Notes under the pieces: model-generated
What the model saw: only the letters and a program-made list of their open reading frames with translations
Database searches by the model: none
Told to the model about the DNA's origin: nothing
IMG/VR virus record: IMGVR_UViG_3300037963_003145
Strand: one strand, 5' to 3'
Source: an uncultured virus (IMG/VR IMGVR_UViG_3300037963_003145)
Taxonomy: Duplodnaviria; Heunggongvirae; Uroviricota; Caudoviricetes
DNA length: 20,000 nt
Shown: positions 15,392 through 20,000 of the stretch, piece by piece
Numbering within the stretch: the first letter of the stretch is position 1
Layout: each line of letters opens with the position of its first letter
Position numbers and translations under genes: made by a program

Positions 15392-15416
15392 CAAACCCGG
15401 ATCAATCCCCTATAAT
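15388..15416 (+). promoter_or_regulatory. Perfect sigma70 promoter
   Basis: TTGACA-17-TATAAT. Confidence 0.88.
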
Positions 15417-15437
15417 ATACAAGTCTGAAACGATTCT

Positions 15438-15722
15438 ATGAAAAGTCCTATTGATGGTGAAGATAATACTTACGAATATCATCGTAGGTGTCGCATGGCT
15501 GATTCAATTGGTGACTATCTCTCTGATGAGAAAGTAGATGCTCGTCAATGTTACGAAGAAATTTTAGCTGAAGTCGATGAAGTTATTGAATATCATCAAA
15601 CCTACTTGTCCAAAGCGCAAAGATTTAAAGAATTGATGCTTGGTAATCGAGAGATTGATTTCTTTGATGACAAAGAACTTGCAACCAAGTGGAAATATGA
15701 TAGAATTCTTTTGAACGAGTGA
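15438..15722 (+). CDS. Hypothetical acidic protein
   Basis: 94-aa ORF directly downstream of the promoter. Confidence 0.7.
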   Translation: MKSPIDGEDNTYEYHRRCRMADSIGDYLSDEKVDARQCYEEILAEVDEVIEYHQTYLSKAQRFKELMLGNREIDFFDDKELATKWKYDRILLNE

Positions 15723-15738
15723 TACGTCACTCTTTTCT

Positions 15739-15810
15739 GCGGATGTAGTTCAGCGGTAGAACGCTATCCTTCCAAGTTAGATGTCGTCGGTTCGATTCCG
15801 ATCATCCGCT
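15739..15810 (+). tRNA. tRNA-Gly(TCC)
   Basis: GCGGATG/CATCCGC acceptor, CTTCCAA loop, GGTTCGATTCC. Confidence 0.93.
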
Positions 15811-15835
15811 TCGGAAAACCGTAAAGTTTTCCTGG

Positions 15836-15843
15836 TATAAATA
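15836..15843 (+). promoter_or_regulatory. T4-type late promoter
   Basis: Exact TATAAATA in an intergenic region. Confidence 0.7.
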
Positions 15844-15944
15844 CTTAACCTTGTGTCAATTATGACAGAAGGTAACAAACGGGACAAGTCGAGTCCCTAT
15901 TCATCTGCGGGTAATCACTCCGCAAGTAACTAAAGGTAATTCAA

Positions 15945-16316
15945 ATGATCAAATCTGTATTCGCAGCGACCGCTGCTCTGTCCATGTCCGCCGGCGCTGC
16001 CCTTGCAGGTCCATACGTTAATGTCGAAGCCAACTCTGGTTGGACTGGCGATGACTACAGTGGAACCGCTACTGATTTCCATGTTGGCTATGAAGGTGAA
16101 CTTGGTGAGCGTGGTTCATACTATGTTCAAGGTGGTGCTACTCTGGTCAGCCCTGACGGTGGTGAGTCTGACACTGTTCCTTCTGGTAAGGCAGGTCTTG
16201 GTTTCGCTGTAACTGATGCACTCGGTGCATATGGTGAAGTTTCATTCGTTGGATCTGGTGATGATGACATCGATCGTGGTTATGGCACCAAGTTGGGCCT
16301 GAAGTACAACTTCTGA
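15945..16316 (+). CDS. Small outer-membrane beta-barrel-like protein
   Basis: Signal peptide ending ALA, amphipathic beta strands, C-terminal GLKYNF (BAM signal). Confidence 0.8.
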   Translation: MIKSVFAATAALSMSAGAALAGPYVNVEANSGWTGDDYSGTATDFHVGYEGELGERGSYYVQGGATLVSPDGGESDTVPSGKAGLGFAVTDALGAYGEVSFVGSGDDDIDRGYGTKLGLKYNF

Positions 16317-16350
16317 TAAGTAGACAAATATATATCTAGATACTAGAATG

Positions 16351-16374
16351 GGGGTGCGACGGCACCCCTTTTTT
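16351..16374 (+). terminator. Rho-independent terminator
   Basis: GGGGTGC-GACG-GCACCCC-TTTTTT. Confidence 0.85.
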
Positions 16375-16375
16375 A

Positions 16376-16576
16376 ATGCTTATGAAAAAGATTACTTCTG
16401 TTCTTACTCATCCAGTTACTACCATCAATTTATTACTAGTAGGTTCTCTGGGGGTGATTCAGTTTGTTCATACTAAAGCACACTACACTTTAGAACAAGA
16501 TGTGCATGGTCATGTTCACCGAGCACTAAAACAAAATCCAGAACTCGCCCGGTCAGCTTGCTGGGAGTTGGACTAG
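16376..16576 (+). CDS. Small single-TM protein
   Basis: Hydrophobic TINLLLVGSLGVIQFV; His-rich tail. Confidence 0.6.
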   Translation: MLMKKITSVLTHPVTTINLLLVGSLGVIQFVHTKAHYTLEQDVHGHVHRALKQNPELARSACWELD

Positions 16577-16580
16577 GTGC

Positions 16581-16609
16581 TTGACAAAGCTTAACTTTTT
16601 ATATATAAT
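16581..16609 (+). promoter_or_regulatory. Perfect sigma70 promoter of hli
   Basis: TTGACA-17-TATAAT. Confidence 0.85.
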
Positions 16610-16635
16610 ATGTAAAGTTTCATAACAATACGTAA

Positions 16636-16854
16636 ATGACTGTAACAACCAACGATCAAGGACAAACAAATTTGTGGGCTACCGAACCACGTATGTACAT
16701 TGACCAGACCGCAGCAGAACGCTATGGTTATGAAACTCATGCTGAAAAAGCGGAGAAACTAAATGGACGCACTGCTATGCTTGGATTTATTGCTGCTATT
16801 GTCAGCTATAGTACTACTGGTAGTGTATTCTTTTTTGGTGCGTTCGGATTCTGA
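16636..16854 (+). CDS. hli: High-light inducible protein
   Basis: AEKLNGRTAMLGF chlorophyll-binding motif. Confidence 0.93.
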   Translation: MTVTTNDQGQTNLWATEPRMYIDQTAAERYGYETHAEKAEKLNGRTAMLGFIAAIVSYSTTGSVFFFGAFGF

Positions 16855-16863
16855 TACATAGTA

Positions 16864-17211
<348 letters not shown>

Positions 17212-17212
<1 letters not shown>

Positions 17213-17370
17213 TGACGAATCCAAACGCACTTTATGAAGACATGGAAAAACTCAACGCTCTTTATGAAGAACTTTGTTGGGACCATGACGATGAACTAGT
17301 CTTTACTCATGACGGTAAAGAAATTATTATTTACAACAAAACAAGAGAAAATGGAACAGAGTCTGATTGA
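17212..17370 (+). CDS. Hypothetical 52-aa protein (AbrB-half-like pattern)
   Basis: Manual translation MTNPNALYEDMEKLNALYEELCWDHDDELVFTHDGKEIIIYNKTRENGTESD; TGATG coupling to petF. Confidence 0.7.
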
Positions 17371-17587
17371 TCTTCTTATTAATACAAATTATTCATGGGC
17401 AGCAAACCATACGATTGTTGAATTTTTAGCAGGATATGTGTTTGCTGCAGCACTTATTGTAGGTGCTCCAAGTGTTTTTCTCTTGATTGCATTTATGCCT
17501 GCACTGATGAACACTAAAGGTGCAGTTGTTGGTTACAAAATTCACCGTGATTATGGTGACACATCTATCTACTCTAAACTAAACTAA
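17351..17587 (+). CDS. Small membrane protein
   Basis: ATG 17351; long hydrophobic FLAGYVFAAALIVGAPSVFLLIAFMP. Confidence 0.7.
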   Translation: MEQSLIDLLINTNYSWAANHTIVEFLAGYVFAAALIVGAPSVFLLIAFMPALMNTKGAVVGYKIHRDYGDTSIYSKLN

Positions 17588-17600
17588 CAGGAGAAATCAA

Positions 17601-17708
17601 ATGAACGAAACTGCAGAACGTTTTAATGGTTGGGCAGCAATGATCGGAGTAATCGCTGCTATGGGTGCTTATGCAACAACAGGACAAATCATTCCTGGTA
17701 TCTGGTGA
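17601..17708 (+). CDS. hli: High-light inducible protein (35 aa, short type)
   Basis: MNETAERFNGWAAMIGVIAAMGAYATTGQIIPGIW; AGGAG RBS; TGQIIPG C-terminal signature; not in the ORF track. Confidence 0.93.
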   Translation: MNETAERFNGWAAMIGVIAAMGAYATTGQIIPGIW

Positions 17709-17773
17709 TGGGATTCGTAGTAGCAGCATTGCTGGTGCTAATTCCTATTGCAGCAGTAGCAAGAAACTCATGA
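17708..17773 (+). CDS. 21-aa hydrophobic peptide
   Basis: MGFVVAALLVLIPIAAVARNS; TGATG and ATGA couplings on either side. Confidence 0.45.
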   Translation: MGFVVAALLVLIPIAAVARNS

Positions 17774-17919
17774 CATATGATTGGACACTATTACAAACTC
17801 TAATCTTTATCATCACTCCATTCTTTGTTATGCTCGCTTTAACGAGTGAAAATGATGAAGATGATGGTCCGCCGGATGGTGGTCTTATGACCCCAGCGTA
17901 CGCACCAACCCCCTCCTAG
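17770..17919 (+). CDS. Small single-TM protein with acidic tail
   Basis: ATG 17770; TM followed by ENDEDDGPPDGG. Confidence 0.6.
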   Translation: MTYDWTLLQTLIFIITPFFVMLALTSENDEDDGPPDGGLMTPAYAPTPS

Positions 17920-17932
17920 GGGGATTTTTTTT
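17909..17932 (+). terminator. Rho-independent terminator
   Basis: CCCCC-TCCTA-GGGGG-A-T8. Confidence 0.7.
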
Positions 17933-17934
17933 GC

Positions 17935-17968
17935 TTGACAACCAGTGGAAAATGGTGTATTATAAATA
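17935..17968 (+). promoter_or_regulatory. Overlapping sigma70 and late promoters of psbA
   Basis: TTGACA-17-TATTAT (17958-17963) overlapping TATAAATA (17961-17968). Confidence 0.8.
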
Positions 17969-17976
17969 TATTGACG

Positions 17977-18125
17977 GGTGAGGGTTTCCTCACCATGCAT
18001 CTTGGAGAACCGGACTAACACTCCTACCGAGACTATCCAAGTAAAATACGTCTCTCATACCTTCTCCTGAGGGTGGAGAAGGAATACTATAACCAGTGTT
18101 CCCCGCACTAATACTTAACCCTTTT
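17977..18125 (+). ncRNA. PhotoRC-II-like structured psbA leader
   Basis: Helices GGTGAGG/CCTCACC, CTTGGA/TCCAAG, GAGAC/GTCTC (crossing), CCTTCTCC/GGAGAAGG; located 5' of phage psbA. Confidence 0.7.
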
Positions 18126-18131
18126 GTTCAA

Positions 18132-19208
18132 ATGACTACAACTCTTTCAAGGCAACAAACATCCACTTGGGAATCTTTCTGCGAGTGGGTTACTTCAACA
18201 AACAACCGTCTCTATGTTGGTTGGTTTGGTGTTCTTATGATCCCAACCCTGCTTGCTGCTACGGTATGTTTCATCACTGCGTTTGTCGCAGCACCTCCTG
18301 TCGATATTGACGGAATTCGTGAACCAGTTGCTGGTTCACTCATGTATGGAAACAACATCATTTCTGGTGCTGTCGTTCCATCATCAAACGCAATTGGTCT
18401 TCACTTCTATCCCATCTGGGAAGCCGCATCACTTGATGAATGGCTCTACAACGGCGGTCCTTACCAGCTCGTTGTCTTCCACTTCCTCATTGGTGTCTTC
18501 TGCTACATGGGTCGTGAGTGGGAACTTTCCTACCGTTTAGGTATGCGTCCATGGATCTGTGTTGCATACTCTGCTCCAGTCGCTGCAGCATCTGCTGTCT
18601 TCCTCGTCTATCCTTTCGGTCAAGGTTCTTTCTCTGACGGTATGCCACTTGGTATTTCCGGTACATTCAACTACATGCTTGTCTTCCAAGCAGAACATAA
18701 CATTCTGATGCATCCTTTCCACATGTTGGGAGTCGCTGGTGTCTTCGGTGGTTCATTGTTCTCTGCAATGCATGGTTCACTAGTTACATCTTCACTCGTT
18801 CGTGAAACCACTGAGACTGAATCTCAGAACTATGGTTACAAGTTCGGACAAGAAGAAGAGACCTACAACATCGTTGCTGCTCATGGATACTTTGGTCGTC
18901 TTATCTTCCAATATGCATCGTTCAACAACTCACGTTCACTTCACTTCTTCCTCGCAGCATGGCCTGTAGTCGGAATCTGGTTCACTGCACTTGGTGTCTC
19001 CACCATGGCATTTAACCTCAACGGTTTCAACTTCAACCAGTCCATCCAGGACAACCAAGGACACGTCCTTAACACCTGGGCAGACGTTCTCAACCGTGCT
19101 GGTCTAGGAATGGAAGTTATGCATGAAAGAAATGCACACAACTTCCCACTTGACCTCGCCGCTGCTGAGTCAACTCCTGTTGCACTCACCGCACCTGCTG
19201 TTGGTTGA
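18132..19208 (+). CDS. psbA: Photosystem II D1 protein
   Basis: Full uninterrupted D1 ([10 protein letters not shown] ... [13 protein letters not shown]); ATG 18132. Confidence 0.99.
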   Translation: MTTTLSRQQTSTWESFCEWVTSTNNRLYVGWFGVLMIPTLLAATVCFITAFVAAPPVDIDGIREPVAGSLMYGNNIISGAVVPSSNAIGLHFYPIWEAASLDEWLYNGGPYQLVVFHFLIGVFCYMGREWELSYRLGMRPWICVAYSAPVAAASAVFLVYPFGQGSFSDGMPLGISGTFNYMLVFQAEHNILMHPFHMLGVAGVFGGSLFSAMHGSLVTSSLVRETTETESQNYGYKFGQEEETYNIVAAHGYFGRLIFQYASFNNSRSLHFFLAAWPVVGIWFTALGVSTMAFNLNGFNFNQSIQDNQGHVLNTWADVLNRAGLGMEVMHERNAHNFPLDLAAAESTPVALTAPAVG

Positions 19209-19232
19209 CACTAAAAACTGAATAACTATGGG

Positions 19233-19258
19233 AGGGGACTTAAGTCCCCTTTCTTTTT
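19233..19258 (+). terminator. Rho-independent terminator after psbA
   Basis: AGGGGAC-TTAA-GTCCCCT-TTCTTTTT. Confidence 0.85.
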
Positions 19259-19286
19259 CTTTACAAATATTAAGTTTTTTAAACTC

Positions 19287-19580
19287 ATGATTGGTAAACT
19301 GGATCCAGACGAACGTATTATGAATGAACCTAGTGTTCTTGAAAAAATTAATACATTGGTAGAAGCTCTCCGATGGGAGACTGGTGATGATATAGTAGTG
19401 GAGATTGGTGGAACTCAGGTATCAGGTATTGATGTTGGCGAGGAGTACAATAAGAAGTGGCAGTCTCCAATTGGCACTCGTAAGTACAACAAAGATGCTT
19501 TCATCGTTATCAAAAACCTCTCACGTTCTCCAGTCGAATCTAGTAAACCAAACCCTGAATTGAAACAACACCATGTCTGA
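19287..19580 (+). CDS. Hypothetical protein between psbA and psbD
   Basis: 97-aa ORF; similar to the 17212..17370 product. Confidence 0.75.
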   Translation: MIGKLDPDERIMNEPSVLEKINTLVEALRWETGDDIVVEIGGTQVSGIDVGEEYNKKWQSPIGTRKYNKDAFIVIKNLSRSPVESSKPNPELKQHHV

Positions 19581-19782
19581 ATACTTTACACAGACATCTG
19601 ATGGTCTTTATGACCGACATAGTTATAAACTAAATTTTCCTAACAGAGACAGTGTAATCATAGAGGACTATGAAACTCTAAGAAGAGTATGGTTTGAAAG
19701 TGTTAGAAACTACACTGGATGCACTGTTGAAGTTTTGGATTTAAAACAAAAAAAGAAAACAAATACTGGAGGTTTTAAATAG
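19573..19782 (+). CDS. Hypothetical protein
   Basis: 69-aa ORF; stop overlaps the psbD start. Confidence 0.7.
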   Translation: MSEYFTQTSDGLYDRHSYKLNFPNRDSVIIEDYETLRRVWFESVRNYTGCTVEVLDLKQKKKTNTGGFK

Positions 19783-20000
19783 TGACAACATCAACATTAT
19801 CTCAACAATACCAACGGGGGTGGTTCGATGTCCTTGATGACTGGCTTAAACGAGATCGCTTTGTCTTTGTGGGTTGGTCTGGACTATTACTTTTTCCCAC
19901 TGCTTATCTTGCCATTGGTGGCTGGCTTACTGGGACAACTTTTGTTACGTCTTGGTACACCCATGGTCTTGCTAGTTCCTATCTTGAAGGTGCTAACTTT
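19782..20000 (+). CDS. psbD: Photosystem II D2 protein, 5' part (truncated by window)
   Basis: GTG 19782 with [36 protein letters not shown]...[17 protein letters not shown]. Confidence 0.98.
   Translation, partial: MTTSTLSQQYQRGWFDVLDDWLKRDRFVFVGWSGLLLFPTAYLAIGGWLTGTTFVTSWYTHGLASSYLEGANF

Noticed and set aside
17224..17270. 17-nt direct repeat (16/17 identical, 30-nt period)
   Set aside because: Only two copies, in frame (NALYED/NALYEE); small internal duplication, not CRISPR or an att site
19205..19233. TTGACA at the psbA stop as a promoter
   Set aside because: No acceptable -10 at 16-18 nt spacing, and a terminator follows
19209..19781. Homing endonuclease or intron associated with psbA
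   Set aside because: psbA is uninterrupted; the intervening ORFs show no HNH, GIY-YIG or EndoVII motifs

Overview
Accessory region of a T4-like marine cyanophage (Synechococcus-type cyanomyovirus), mostly on the + strand. It begins with the 3' end of nrdB and a PD-(D/E)XK nuclease, followed by a convergent cassette of seven unannotated membrane/exported proteins (1.7-5.2 kb). A dense auxiliary-metabolism island follows: gnd, zwf, petE, PTOX, talC, two hli, petF, psbA and the 5' end of psbD. Interleaved are 10 tRNA genes (8 with U34 anticodons, including a rare Ile-UAU), a manA-like and a PhotoRC-II-like structured RNA, near-perfect sigma70 promoters and T4-type late promoters. Items the ORF track misses or misframes: a 43-aa NdhP-like gene wedged between gnd and zwf, a 35-aa hli, an orphan Phd/YefM-like gene inside the tRNA array, two apparently paralogous AbrB-half-like proteins flanking psbA, an unassigned structured RNA between tRNA-Arg and tRNA-Asn, and inverted repeats over several promoter -10 boxes. 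All family calls come from motif recognition by eye; no database search was run.
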